64,000 nucleotides of DNA from an uncultured Fusobacterium sp. (GCA_963526615.1 CAUROF010000002.1:19462-83461); one strand, 5' to 3'; shown: positions 40,477-50,512, counted from the stretch's first letter. Numbers and translations: made by a program. The notes: a model not told the origin generated them from the sequence alone.

Positions 40477-40776
40477 ATGAATAGTAAAAAGAGAGCTTTT
40501 TTAAAAAAGAAAGCACATAATTTAGAGCCTATTGTTAGAATAGGTAAAGATGGGTTAAATCAAAATATAGTACAAAGTATACTTGATGCAATAGCTTCAA
40601 GAGAACTTATAAAAGTTAAAATTTTACAAAATTGTGAGGAAGAAAAAACTATAATTTATTCAAAATTGATGGATATTAAGGATTTTGAAGTAGTAGGAAT
40701 GATAGGAAGAACTATAATTATTTTTAAAGAAAATAAAGAAAATCCGAGCATATCATTAGAATGGAAAAATATATAA
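40477..40776 (+). CDS. yhbY: Ribosome-assembly RNA-binding protein YhbY (CRM domain)
   Basis: KKKAHNLEPIVRIGKDGLNQNIVQSILDAIASRELIKVKIL matches the CRS1/YhbY domain; 99 aa. Confidence 0.8.
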   Translation: MNSKKRAFLKKKAHNLEPIVRIGKDGLNQNIVQSILDAIASRELIKVKILQNCEEEKTIIYSKLMDIKDFEVVGMIGRTIIIFKENKENPSISLEWKNI

Positions 40777-40789
40777 GTTTGGAGATACT

Positions 40790-42592
40790 ATGAATGAGGA
40801 ACTTACAAAAAAATGTGAAGAGATTAGAAAAAAATTAATAGAAGTTGTAAGTAAAAATGGTGGGCATTTAGGTTCAAATTTAGGTGTTGTGGAATTGACA
40901 GTTTGCCTTGATGAAGTTTTTGATTTTAAAGAGGATATTGTCCTCTTTGATGTAGGACATCAGGCTTATGTATATAAGATATTAACAGATAGGGCAGAAA
41001 AATTTGATACCATAAGAACAAGAAAAGGACTTTCACCTTTTCTTGATCCAATTGAAAGTAGTTATGATCATTTTGTATCAGGGCATGCTGGAACAGCACT
41101 TCCAGCAGCAGTTGGTTTTGCAATAGCAAATCCAGATAAAAAAGTGATAGTTGTTGTGGGAGATGCTTCTATATCAAATGGACATTCATTGGAAGCATTA
41201 AACTATATAGGGTATAAAAAATTAGAAAATATACTGGTTATAGTAAATGATAATGAAATGTCTATTGGAGAAAATGTTGGTTTTATATCAAAATTTTTAA
41301 AGAGAGTAATAACAAGTGGAAAGTATCTAAATTTTAGAGAAGATGTTAAATCTTTTATCAATAGAATAAGAGCAGATAGAGTAAAGAAGACTCTTGAAAG
41401 AATGGAAAGATCTATTAAGGGCTATGTAACTCCTTTTTATGCCTTAGAAAGTTTAGGATTTAGATTTTTTAATGTATGTGAAGGTAATAATATAGAAAAA
41501 CTTTTACCTATGTTAAAAAAAATAAAAGATTTAAAGGGACCTATAATTTTATTGGTAAAAACTAAAAAAGGAAAAGGTTATAGTTTTGCAGAAGAAAATA
41601 AGGAAAAGTTTCATGGAATAGCACCTTTTGACATCAAAACAGGAAATACTCATAAAAGTTCTGTTTCTTACTCAGAAGTTTTTGGAGATAAAATTTTAGA
41701 GTTGGGAAAAGAAGATAAAGATATATATACTCTCTCGGCAGCTATGATAAAAGGTACAGGACTTCATAAATTTTTAGAAGAATTTCCTGAAAGATGTATA
41801 GATACAGGGATAGCTGAGGGATTTGCAGTAACCCTTGCAGGGGGACTTGCAAAATCTGGAAAGACACCTTATGTATGTATTTATTCAACCTTTATTCAAA
41901 GAGCTGTAAGCCAATTAATACACGATATATCTATACAAAATTTACCAGTTAGATTTATTGTAGATAGAAGTGGAATTGTTGGAGAAGATGGGAAAACCCA
42001 TAATGGAATTTATGACTTATCATTCTTTTTATCAATTCAAAATTTTACTGTATTATGTCCTACAACCTCTAAGGAATTGGAACAGGCACTTGAAATATCT
42101 AAAAATTTTAATTCAGGACCATTGGTTATAAGGATACCAAGAGATAGTATATTTGATATAGAAGATGAAAAACCGCTAGAAATTGGAAGATGGAAAGAAA
42201 TAAAAAAAGGAAGTAAAAATTTATTTATAGCAACAGGAACTATGCTAAAAATAATATTAGAAATATATGATGAGTTAAAAAATAGAGGAATTGATTCTAC
42301 AATAGTTAGTGCAGCCTCTGTAAAACCTCTTGATGAAAACTATCTATTAAACTATATAAAAGGATACGATAATATTTTTGTTTTGGAAGAAAATTATGTG
42401 AGAAATTCTTTTGGTACATTTATTCTTGAATTTTTAAATGATAATGGAATACAAAAAATAATTCATAGAATAGCTTTAAAATCTGCTATTATTCCACATG
42501 GAAAAAGAGAGGAGTTACTAAAAGAAGAAAAATTAAAGGGAGAAAGTTTAATAGAAAGAATAGAGGAACTTATTTATGGTAGAAAAAAATAG
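40790..42592 (+). CDS. dxs: 1-deoxy-D-xylulose-5-phosphate synthase
   Basis: GGHLGSNLGVVELT, the GDASISNG TPP-binding motif, transketolase pyrimidine-binding and C-terminal domains. Confidence 0.95.
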   Translation: MNEELTKKCEEIRKKLIEVVSKNGGHLGSNLGVVELTVCLDEVFDFKEDIVLFDVGHQAYVYKILTDRAEKFDTIRTRKGLSPFLDPIESSYDHFVSGHAGTALPAAVGFAIANPDKKVIVVVGDASISNGHSLEALNYIGYKKLENILVIVNDNEMSIGENVGFISKFLKRVITSGKYLNFREDVKSFINRIRADRVKKTLERMERSIKGYVTPFYALESLGFRFFNVCEGNNIEKLLPMLKKIKDLKGPIILLVKTKKGKGYSFAEENKEKFHGIAPFDIKTGNTHKSSVSYSEVFGDKILELGKEDKDIYTLSAAMIKGTGLHKFLEEFPERCIDTGIAEGFAVTLAGGLAKSGKTPYVCIYSTFIQRAVSQLIHDISIQNLPVRFIVDRSGIVGEDGKTHNGIYDLSFFLSIQNFTVLCPTTSKELEQALEISKNFNSGPLVIRIPRDSIFDIEDEKPLEIGRWKEIKKGSKNLFIATGTMLKIILEIYDELKNRGIDSTIVSAASVKPLDENYLLNYIKGYDNIFVLEENYVRNSFGTFILEFLNDNGIQKIIHRIALKSAIIPHGKREELLKEEKLKGESLIERIEELIYGRKK

Positions 42593-43400
42593 TAAGTCTA
42601 AAAAATTTATTGATAACCTTTTAAATTTTCAAGATGTAAAAGATCTTGAACTATGTGATGATCAAGGTGTGAAAGTTTCAACTCATACTTATGATGTATT
42701 AAATATTTCAATTAACAAAATAAAAGAAAAATATTTTGGTCTAGAAGAGGCCACAAAAAATGTTGATTTTTTTGCCATCACTGTGGGGATAATAATGCAT
42801 GATATAAGTAAATCAAGCATTAAAAGAAATGAAGAAAATCTTTCTCATTCCCAAATGATGATACAAAATCCAGAATATATAATATCTGAGGTTTATGAAG
42901 TATTAAATTTAATAGAAAAGCAGTTAGGATATACATTGATAAAAGAAGTTAAAGAAAATATAGCACATATAGTTCAATCACATCATGGTAAATGGGGAAA
43001 GGTACAACCTAAAACAGAAGAAGCTAACATAGTGTATATGGCAGATATGGAATCAGCAAAATATCATAGAATAAATCCTATTCAAGCAAATGATATTTTA
43101 AAATATTCTGTAAAAGGTTTAGGACTTACTGAAATTGAAAAAAAATTAAATTGTACAGCAGCAGTTATAAAAGATAGGATAAGAAGAGCAAAAAGGGAAC
43201 TTAATTTAAAAACTTTTGCTGAACTTTTAGAAGTCTACAAAGAAAAAGGGAGAGTACCAATAGGAGATAAATTTTTTGTTTTGAGATCAGAGGAAACAAA
43301 AAAGTTAAAGAAATTTGTTGATAAACAAGGTTTTTATAATTTGTTTATGAAAAATCCACTTATGGAGTATATGATAGATGACAAAATTTTTGAAAAATAA
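42576..43400 (+). CDS. HD-domain protein with a C-terminal helix-turn-helix (sigma-70 region-4-like) segment
   Basis: GIIMHDISKS and VQSHHGKWG (HD motifs), plus LTEIEKKLNCTAAVIKDRIRRAKREL (HTH-like). It overlaps the dxs stop by 17 nt. Confidence 0.5.
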   Translation: MVEKNSKSKKFIDNLLNFQDVKDLELCDDQGVKVSTHTYDVLNISINKIKEKYFGLEEATKNVDFFAITVGIIMHDISKSSIKRNEENLSHSQMMIQNPEYIISEVYEVLNLIEKQLGYTLIKEVKENIAHIVQSHHGKWGKVQPKTEEANIVYMADMESAKYHRINPIQANDILKYSVKGLGLTEIEKKLNCTAAVIKDRIRRAKRELNLKTFAELLEVYKEKGRVPIGDKFFVLRSEETKKLKKFVDKQGFYNLFMKNPLMEYMIDDKIFEK

Positions 43401-44178
43401 AATGAGATTAGATGAATATTTAGTTGAAAATGAATATTTTGAAGATTTAGAAGTGGCTAAAAGACAGATTATGGTGGGAAATGTCATAGTAAATGAACAA
43501 AAAATAGATAAACCAGGGGAAATAATTTCACTTGATAAAATAAAGTCTATTAGAATAAAAGAAAAGGATATTCCCTATGTTAGTCGTGGTGGTTTAAAAT
43601 TAGAAAAAGCTATAAAAGTTTTTGATTTAGATTTTAAAGGTAAAATAGTTTTAGATATAGGAGCTTCTACTGGTGGTTTTACAGATTGCTCATTACAAAA
43701 TGGTGCAAAATTTGTTTATGCTATTGATGTTGGAACTAATCAACTTGACTGGAAGTTAAGAAATGACAGTAGAGTCAAAAGTATAGAAAATAAACATATC
43801 AATGAATTAGAAAAAAGTGATTTACAAGATGATATTGACATTATAGTTATGGATATTTCTTTTATTTCAATAAAAAAAGTTCTATATAAAATTAAAGAGC
43901 TTTTAAAAGAAAATGGCTTTGCTATTTTTTTAATAAAGCCTCAGTTTGAAGCTGAAAGGAATGAAATAGAAAGAGGGATTGTAAATGATGCCAATGTCCA
44001 TAAAAGAATAATTAATGAAGTTATAGAAGAAGCAAAAAATTATCAACTTTTTTTAGAAAATTTAACTGTATCACCTATAAAAGGTACAAAGGGAAATACT
44101 GAATATTTGGCAAAATTTAGTAAGAAAAATAATTTTTCTTCAAATGAAGAAACAATAGATAAATTATTTAATAATTAA
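43378..44178 (+). CDS. tlyA: TlyA-family rRNA (cytidine-2'-O)-methyltransferase
   Basis: S4 domain (RLDEYLV...) and FtsJ-like domain with DIGASTGGFTDC. An alternative start is ATG 43402 (MRLDEYL). Confidence 0.85.
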   Translation: MTKFLKNKMRLDEYLVENEYFEDLEVAKRQIMVGNVIVNEQKIDKPGEIISLDKIKSIRIKEKDIPYVSRGGLKLEKAIKVFDLDFKGKIVLDIGASTGGFTDCSLQNGAKFVYAIDVGTNQLDWKLRNDSRVKSIENKHINELEKSDLQDDIDIIVMDISFISIKKVLYKIKELLKENGFAIFLIKPQFEAERNEIERGIVNDANVHKRIINEVIEEAKNYQLFLENLTVSPIKGTKGNTEYLAKFSKKNNFSSNEETIDKLFNN

Positions 44179-44193
44179 AATGGAGGAGAGAAA

Positions 44194-45513
44194 GTGAAAA
44201 TAACTTTGAAAAAAGCAGCAGCAATCCTAATGATTGCAATTTCAAGTCTATCTTTTACAGAAGATGACAGGACAGGATTTTTATCTAATATGAGGGAGTT
44301 AAAAGAAATATCAGATATTATGGATGTTATCCAAGAAAGTTATGTTGAAAATGCAAATGCACAAAAAAATAAAGAAGAAAAAAATAAAAATGCTAGTCAA
44401 AAAAAAATAGGTGTAACTAAAAAATCTTTAATGCAAGGTGCATTAAAAGGAATGATGGAATCATTAGATGATCCACATTCTGTATATTTTACAAAAGAGG
44501 AAATGAAAGGTTTCCAAGAAGATATAAAAGGTAAATATGTTGGAGTTGGAATGGTTATTCAAAAGAAAGTAGGAGAACCTTTAACAGTAGTTTCACCAGT
44601 AGAAGATGGACCAGCATATAAGGTTGGAATAAAACCAAAGGATAAAGTTATAGAAATAGATGGAGAGTCAACTTATAACTTAACAAGTGAAGAAGCTTCA
44701 AAAAGATTAAAAGGAAAAGCAAATACAACTGTTAAGGTTAAAGTGTACAGAGAAGCTAATAAAATGACTAAAATTTTTGAATTAAAAAGAGAAATAATAG
44801 AATTAAAGTATGTAAAAAGTAAAATGCTAGATGGAGGAATTGGATATTTAAGACTTACTCAATTTGGGGATAATGTTTATCCAGATATGAAAAAAGCCTT
44901 AGAAGATTTACAAGCCAAAGGTATGAAAGGGTTAATTTTTGATTTAAGAAGTAATCCAGGTGGAGAGTTAGGACAATCTATAAAAATTGCTTCAATGTTT
45001 ATTGAAAAAGGTAAAATCGTTAGTACAAGACAAAAAAAGGGAGAAGAAAGTATATATACAAGAGAAGGTAAATACTTTGGAGATTTCCCTATGGTAGTCT
45101 TAATAAATGGTGGTAGTGCATCAGCCTCAGAAATAGTTTCAGGAGCATTAAAGGATCATAAGAGAGCTACACTTATAGGTGAAAAAAGCTTTGGAAAAGG
45201 AAGTGTACAAACTTTATTACCTTTACCTGATGGAGATGGAATAAAAATAACTATTGCAAAATATTATACTCCAAATGGAATTTCTATTGATGGAACAGGA
45301 ATTGAGCCAGATACTAAAATAGAAGATAAAGATTACTATTTAATTTCAGATGGAACTATAACAAATATAGATGAAAATCAACAAAAGGAAAATAAAAAAG
45401 AAATAATAAAAGAAGTTAAAGGCGAAAAAGCAGCAAAAGAAGTTGATACTCATAAGGATATACAACTTGAAGCTGGAATAAAAGCAATAAAGGCAATGAT
45501 AAATAAAAAATAG
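44194..45513 (+). CDS. S41-family C-terminal processing peptidase
   Basis: Signal peptide, PDZ domain, GGSASASEIVSGALKD...GEKSFGKGSVQ catalytic region. GTG start after GGAGGAG. Confidence 0.85.
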   Translation: MKITLKKAAAILMIAISSLSFTEDDRTGFLSNMRELKEISDIMDVIQESYVENANAQKNKEEKNKNASQKKIGVTKKSLMQGALKGMMESLDDPHSVYFTKEEMKGFQEDIKGKYVGVGMVIQKKVGEPLTVVSPVEDGPAYKVGIKPKDKVIEIDGESTYNLTSEEASKRLKGKANTTVKVKVYREANKMTKIFELKREIIELKYVKSKMLDGGIGYLRLTQFGDNVYPDMKKALEDLQAKGMKGLIFDLRSNPGGELGQSIKIASMFIEKGKIVSTRQKKGEESIYTREGKYFGDFPMVVLINGGSASASEIVSGALKDHKRATLIGEKSFGKGSVQTLLPLPDGDGIKITIAKYYTPNGISIDGTGIEPDTKIEDKDYYLISDGTITNIDENQQKENKKEIIKEVKGEKAAKEVDTHKDIQLEAGIKAIKAMINKK

Positions 45514-45523
45514 AGGAGTAAAT

Positions 45524-46231
45524 ATGCTATATATAGTTGCAACACCAATAGGAAATTTAGAGGATATGACTTTTAGAGCAATAAGAACACTAAAAGAAGT
45601 TGACTATATTTTTGCAGAGGATACAAGGGTAACAAAGAAATTATTAGATCATTATGAAATTAAAAGTACAGTATATAGATATGATGAACATACAAAACAA
45701 CATCAAGTTACAAATATTATTAATCTTTTAAAAGAAGAAAAAAATATTGCTTTGGTTACAGATGCTGGAACACCTTGTATATCTGATCCTGGTTATGAAG
45801 TTGTTGATGAAGCACATAAAAATAATATAAAGGTTGTTGCAATCCCTGGTGCAAGTGCATTAACTGCCTCAGCTTCTATTGCTGGCATAAGTATGAGAAG
45901 ATTTTGCTTTGAGGGTTTTCTTCCTAAAAAGAAAGGTAGACAAACCCTTTTAAAGCAACTAGCAGAAGAAAAAGAAAGAACAATAGTTATATATGAATCT
46001 CCTTTTAGAATAGAAAAAACTTTAAAAGATATAGAAAATTTTATGGGAAAAAGAGATGTTGCTATTGTTAGAGAAATCACTAAAATCTATGAGGAAGTTT
46101 TAAGAGGAACTACAACTGAACTTATAGAAAAATTAGAAAAAAATCCTATAAAAGGTGAAATTGTTTTACTTATAGAACCACAGGAAAAGGAGCAAAAGGG
46201 AGGAAATAAATATGTCGATGACACAGATTAA
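45524..46231 (+). CDS. rsmI: 16S rRNA (cytidine1402-2'-O)-methyltransferase
   Basis: LYIVATPIGNLEDMTFRA, AEDTR and TDAGTPCISDPG motifs. Confidence 0.9.
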   Translation: MLYIVATPIGNLEDMTFRAIRTLKEVDYIFAEDTRVTKKLLDHYEIKSTVYRYDEHTKQHQVTNIINLLKEEKNIALVTDAGTPCISDPGYEVVDEAHKNNIKVVAIPGASALTASASIAGISMRRFCFEGFLPKKKGRQTLLKQLAEEKERTIVIYESPFRIEKTLKDIENFMGKRDVAIVREITKIYEEVLRGTTTELIEKLEKNPIKGEIVLLIEPQEKEQKGGNKYVDDTD

Positions 46232-47081
46232 CTGGTATCCAGGACATATGAAAAAAACCAAAGATTTAATTGAAGAAAATTTGAAACTTATTGATGTGGT
46301 TTTAGAAATTGTTGATGCAAGAATACCTTTATCAAGTAAAAATCCTAATATAGCTAGTTTAAGTAAAAATAAAAAGAGAGTAATTGTTTTAAATAAATCA
46401 GATTTAGTTTTAAAACAAGAACTAGATAAATGGAAAAAATATTTTAAAGAACAGGATTTTGCTGATGAAGTAGTTGAGATGAGTGCTGAAACAGGTTACA
46501 ATGTAAAAAAACTTTATGAAGCAATAGAATTTGTTTCAAAAGAGAGAAAAGAAAAATTATTAAAAAAAGGTTTAAAAAAAGTTAGCACAAGAATAATTGT
46601 TTTAGGTATTCCTAATGTTGGAAAATCTAGATTGATAAATAGAATTGTAGGTAAAAATAGTGCTGCAGTTGGGAATAAGCCAGGTTTTACAAGAGGAAAA
46701 CAATGGGTGAGAATTAAAGAAGGAATAGAACTTTTAGATACACCAGGAATTTTATGGCCAAAATTTGAAAGTGAAACTGTTGGAATAAATCTTGCAATAA
46801 CAGGAGCAATAAGAGATGAAATATTACCAATAGAAGATGTTGCTTGCAGTCTTTTAAAAAAAATGTTACAGCAAGATAGATGGGAAAGCTTAAAAGAAAG
46901 ATATAAACTTTTAGAAGAAGATAGAGATGACAAAGTTTTGGAAAATATCTTATCTAAAATTGCATTAAGAATGGCAATGTTAAATAAAGGTGGAGAATTA
47001 AATGTCTTACAAGCAGCCTATACTCTTTTAAGAGATTATAGAGTAGCAAAACTTGGAAAATTTGGATTAGATGAAATATAA
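46212..47081 (+). CDS. rbgA: Ribosome biogenesis GTPase A (YlqF/RbgA)
   Basis: INWYPGHMKK, circularly permuted GTPase motifs (LNKSDL ... GIPNVGKSRLIN ... DTPG). Confidence 0.9.
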   Translation: MSMTQINWYPGHMKKTKDLIEENLKLIDVVLEIVDARIPLSSKNPNIASLSKNKKRVIVLNKSDLVLKQELDKWKKYFKEQDFADEVVEMSAETGYNVKKLYEAIEFVSKERKEKLLKKGLKKVSTRIIVLGIPNVGKSRLINRIVGKNSAAVGNKPGFTRGKQWVRIKEGIELLDTPGILWPKFESETVGINLAITGAIRDEILPIEDVACSLLKKMLQQDRWESLKERYKLLEEDRDDKVLENILSKIALRMAMLNKGGELNVLQAAYTLLRDYRVAKLGKFGLDEI

Positions 47082-47093
47082 AGAGGTGTAAAA

Positions 47094-47870
47094 ATGAATA
47101 AATTAGATTTGAATTTAAAAGAAGTTCATAATGAATTAATTGAATTTTTAAGGGAGAATTTTAAAAAAGCAGGATTTTCAAAGGCAGTGTTAGGACTATC
47201 AGGAGGGATAGATTCTGCACTTGTTGCCTATCTATTAAGAGATGCCTTAGGAAAAGAAAATGTACTTGCTATTATGATGCCATATAAATCATCAAATCCA
47301 GATAGTTTAAATCATGCAAAATTAGTTGTAGAAGATTTGAAAATAAATGCTAAAACTATTGAAATAACTAATATGATAGATGCTTATTTTAAAAATGAAA
47401 AGGATGCTTCATCTTTAAGAATGGGAAATAAAATGGCAAGGGAAAGAATGTCTATATTGTTTGATTATTCATCAAAAGAAAATGCCTTAGTTGTAGGAAC
47501 ATCTAATAAGACAGAAATTTATTTAGGATATAGTACACAATTTGGAGATTCAGCTTGTGCATTAAACCCAATAGGAGATTTGTATAAAACAAATATTTGG
47601 GATTTATCAAGATATCTAAAAATTCCAAATGAATTGATTGAAAAGAAACCTAGTGCTGATTTATGGGAAGGACAAACTGATGAACAAGAAATGGGCTTAA
47701 CATATAAAGAAGCCGATCAAGTTCTATATAGAATGTTAGAAGAAAATAAAACAGTAGAAGAAATTTTAGCAGAGGGCTTTAATAAAAATTTAGTTGACAA
47801 TATAGTAAGAAGAATGAATAGAAGTGAATATAAAAGAAGAATGCCACTTATAGCTAAGATAAAAAGGTAG
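47094..47870 (+). CDS. nadE: Ammonia-dependent NAD+ synthetase
   Basis: LGLSGGIDSA PP-loop; ~258 aa NadE layout. Confidence 0.9.
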   Translation: MNKLDLNLKEVHNELIEFLRENFKKAGFSKAVLGLSGGIDSALVAYLLRDALGKENVLAIMMPYKSSNPDSLNHAKLVVEDLKINAKTIEITNMIDAYFKNEKDASSLRMGNKMARERMSILFDYSSKENALVVGTSNKTEIYLGYSTQFGDSACALNPIGDLYKTNIWDLSRYLKIPNELIEKKPSADLWEGQTDEQEMGLTYKEADQVLYRMLEENKTVEEILAEGFNKNLVDNIVRRMNRSEYKRRMPLIAKIKR

Positions 47871-47876
47871 GTGCTT

Positions 47877-48245
47877 ATGAAAAATCAATTAAAAGAAGAT
47901 TTGAATGACTTTCTTAAAGAAAAAGAAGAATTGAGAGAAGTTATTGGAAAAATAGGTGGAAATAATAATCCTCAATCAAAATTAATTACAACTCTTTTTG
48001 TTGGTATAGTTTTGGTAATTTTTGTAACGGGAATAATATTAAAACAATTATCCCCAACAACAACACTTTTACTTTTGATTCTAATACTTATTTTTAAGAT
48101 AATTTGGATGCAACAACAAACTCAAAAATCTATGCATTTCCAATTTTGGATATTAAATTCTATTGAAATTAGAATTAATGAGTTAGATAAAAAACAAAAA
48201 AAATTAGAAAAAATGATAGAAGAATTAGGAAATAAAAAAGAATAA
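47877..48245 (+). CDS. Small membrane protein with a C-terminal coiled coil, unknown function
   Basis: ORF with two TM segments. ATG 47877 after GGTAGGTG (the tracked start is GTG 47871). Confidence 0.4.
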   Translation: MKNQLKEDLNDFLKEKEELREVIGKIGGNNNPQSKLITTLFVGIVLVIFVTGIILKQLSPTTTLLLLILILIFKIIWMQQQTQKSMHFQFWILNSIEIRINELDKKQKKLEKMIEELGNKKE

Positions 48246-48263
48246 GATTTTTAGGAGGATAAA

Positions 48264-49070
48264 ATGAAAAAAAGTTTAGTTCTAATATCTATGTTAGCAT
48301 TATCTGTTTCAGCTTTTGCAGCAAAACCATCATTACCAAAATCATATACAGTTAGATATACTCATAATTTTGGAAGAATAGATGGATTTGTTCAAATTCC
48401 AAAGGGAGGACAATTTAATACAGCCTCAGAAAGAAGACCTACATTTGACGAATTAAATATAAAAAATATTAATTACCCAGAATTATTTGTAGGAGCAAAA
48501 TGGGATAATTTTGGAATTTATTATGGAATGAAATATAAATCTTTCAAAGGAGATGCAACTCTAAATGAAGATTTAAAAACACATGATATTCAACTTAGAA
48601 AAGGAGATAAAATATCAAGTAAACATTTATATGCTTTTCATAATTTAGGTTTTTCTTATGATTTTAAGTTAAATTCTAAATTTACCATTACTCCAAAAAT
48701 AGAATTTTCAGTTTTTCAATTCTCATATAAATTTTCATCTAGTGGTAGTACAACAGTAAGTAATGATGAAAGAAAGTTTAATGCAGGAGGAATAAGAGTA
48801 GGAGGAGAAGCTAACTATCAATTTACTGATAATTTTGGACTTAGATTAGATATTATGACTCATATTCCACATGATAGTATAAAATCATCACTAGACACAT
48901 CTTTAACAGGTTCATATAATTTATATAGAAGTGGAAATACAGAAGTTAATGTTTTAGCTGGAGTAGGTTATGACTCTTTTAAATATAAAGATACTCAAAA
49001 AGATATGCAAAACTTTATGGACTCAAAAACAAAACCAGTTTATAAACTTGGGCTTGAATTAAAATTCTAA
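48264..49070 (+). CDS. Outer-membrane beta-barrel protein (unknown family)
   Basis: Signal peptide ..SVSAFA|AK, alternating amphipathic beta-strand pattern, and C-terminal LGLELKF with a terminal Phe. Confidence 0.55.
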   Translation: MKKSLVLISMLALSVSAFAAKPSLPKSYTVRYTHNFGRIDGFVQIPKGGQFNTASERRPTFDELNIKNINYPELFVGAKWDNFGIYYGMKYKSFKGDATLNEDLKTHDIQLRKGDKISSKHLYAFHNLGFSYDFKLNSKFTITPKIEFSVFQFSYKFSSSGSTTVSNDERKFNAGGIRVGGEANYQFTDNFGLRLDIMTHIPHDSIKSSLDTSLTGSYNLYRSGNTEVNVLAGVGYDSFKYKDTQKDMQNFMDSKTKPVYKLGLELKF

Positions 49071-49099
49071 AAGATTAAAACTTAAAATTAACATAATTC

Positions 49100-49146
49100 A
49101 GAGAATTTTTTTGAGAATAAAAATCTTAGAAAGATTCTCTTTTTAT
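49100..49146 (+). terminator. Rho-independent terminator
   Basis: AGAGAAT...ATTCTCT with an inner AATCTT/AAGATT stem, followed by TTTT. Confidence 0.45.
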
Positions 49147-49165
49147 ATATTTTTAAAAATATCTA

Positions 49166-49194
49166 TTGAAAAAAATTAATAAATTTACTATGAT
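49166..49194 (+). promoter_or_regulatory. Candidate sigma-70 promoter of the flavodiiron gene
   Basis: TTGAAA - 17 nt - TATGAT. Confidence 0.45.
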
Positions 49195-49202
49195 AGAGTT
49201 AA

Positions 49203-49228
49203 GTAAGTATCATAGGGTATTTAAGATA
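49203..49228 (+). promoter_or_regulatory. GTAAGTA-N14-AGATA box, copy 3 (relaxed), just downstream of the -10
   Basis: AAGTAAGTATCATAGGGTATTTAAGATAT has the same 7-mer, the same 14-nt spacing and the same 5-mer as the two HxlR-gene boxes. Confidence 0.4.
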
Positions 49229-49276
49229 TATGTGGTTAGAATTATTATCTATGACATTATACAAGGAGGTATTAAA

Positions 49277-50485
49277 ATGTATAAGAGTACAAAGGTAAAA
49301 GATGATATTGTTTGGATAGGTGTAAATGATAGAAAAATAGAAAAATGGGAAAGTCATATCCCATTAGATTTTGGAGTTACATATAATTCTTATGTGATAC
49401 TGGATGAAAAAATCTGTATTATTGATGGGGTTGAAGAAGGAGAAAATGGAGATTTTTTTAGAAAACTTGAAGCAACTATTGGAGATAGACAAGTTGACTA
49501 TATTATAATCAACCATGTTGAACCAGATCATTCAGGCTCTATTAATAGTTTATTAAAAATGTATCCAAATATAAAAGTGGTGGGAAATGTAAAGTCTATA
49601 TCAATGTTAAAACTATTGAATACAAATATTCCTGATGATAGAGCAGTGGTTATAAAAGAAAAAGATATTTTAGATTTAGGAAAACATAAATTGACTTTTT
49701 ATTTAATGCCTATGGTACACTGGCCAGAATCTATGGCAACTTATGATATGACAGATAAAATTTTATTTTCAAATGATGCTTTTGGAAGTTTTGGAGCATT
49801 AGATGGAGCTATTTTTAATGATGAAGCAAATCTCGATATTTTTGAAAATGAAATGAGAAGATATTATTCTAATATAGTTGGAAAATTAGGGGCACCAGTA
49901 AATGCTATTTTAAAAAAATTATCTTCTGTTGAGATTTCTTGTATTTGTCCTTCACATGGTTTAATTTGGAGAAAAGATATAGATAAGGTTATAAAAAAAT
50001 ATCAAAAATGGGCTAATATAGAAGCTGAGGAAGAAGGTGTAGTAATCATCTATGGAAGTATGTATGGACATACAACTGAAATGGCTGAAATTTTAGGTAG
50101 GCAATTAGATGAAAGAGGAATTAAAAATATTTGTATCTATGATTCTTCAAAAGTTGATATTTCTTATCTATTTAGTGCAATTTGGAAATATAAAGGGCTT
50201 ATGATAGGAACTTGTACACATTATAATATGGCTTTTCCAAAGATAGAACCACTACTTCAAAAATTAGAAAATTATGGTCTAAAAAATAGATATTTAGGAA
50301 TTTTTGGAAATATGTTATGGAGTGGTGGTGGAGTAAAAAGAGTTAAGGAATTTGCTGATAGATTGACAGGATTAGGACAAATTGGAGAACCTGTTGAAAT
50401 AAAGGGACATGTCACTCCTGTTGATAGAGAAAAATTAATAGAACTTGCTAATCTTATGGCAGATAAACTTATAGCAGATAGGTAA
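49277..50485 (+). CDS. fprA: FprA-family flavodiiron protein (A-type flavoprotein; O2/NO reductase)
   Basis: Metallo-beta-lactamase-like domain with NHVEPDHSG, plus a C-terminal flavodoxin domain (VIIYGSMYGHT). The start is at ATG 49277 after AAGGAGG; the tracked 37-aa extension is an artefact. Confidence 0.85.
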   Translation: MYKSTKVKDDIVWIGVNDRKIEKWESHIPLDFGVTYNSYVILDEKICIIDGVEEGENGDFFRKLEATIGDRQVDYIIINHVEPDHSGSINSLLKMYPNIKVVGNVKSISMLKLLNTNIPDDRAVVIKEKDILDLGKHKLTFYLMPMVHWPESMATYDMTDKILFSNDAFGSFGALDGAIFNDEANLDIFENEMRRYYSNIVGKLGAPVNAILKKLSSVEISCICPSHGLIWRKDIDKVIKKYQKWANIEAEEEGVVIIYGSMYGHTTEMAEILGRQLDERGIKNICIYDSSKVDISYLFSAIWKYKGLMIGTCTHYNMAFPKIEPLLQKLENYGLKNRYLGIFGNMLWSGGGVKRVKEFADRLTGLGQIGEPVEIKGHVTPVDREKLIELANLMADKLIADR

Positions 50486-50512
50486 TAAAATATTAAATAA
50501 CAACTAAACTTT

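Noticed and set aside
49166-49276. Long N-terminal extensions in the ORF track: 49166 for fprA, 16019 for the quinone reductase, 58258 for dnaN, 21975 for kdsA, 13721 for the methyltransferase, 55102 for OYE, 7341 for licD.
   Set aside because: In each case an internal ATG is preceded by a strong Shine-Dalgarno at proper spacing and matches the canonical family N-terminus. The extensions run through promoter or RBS sequence or through the upstream gene.
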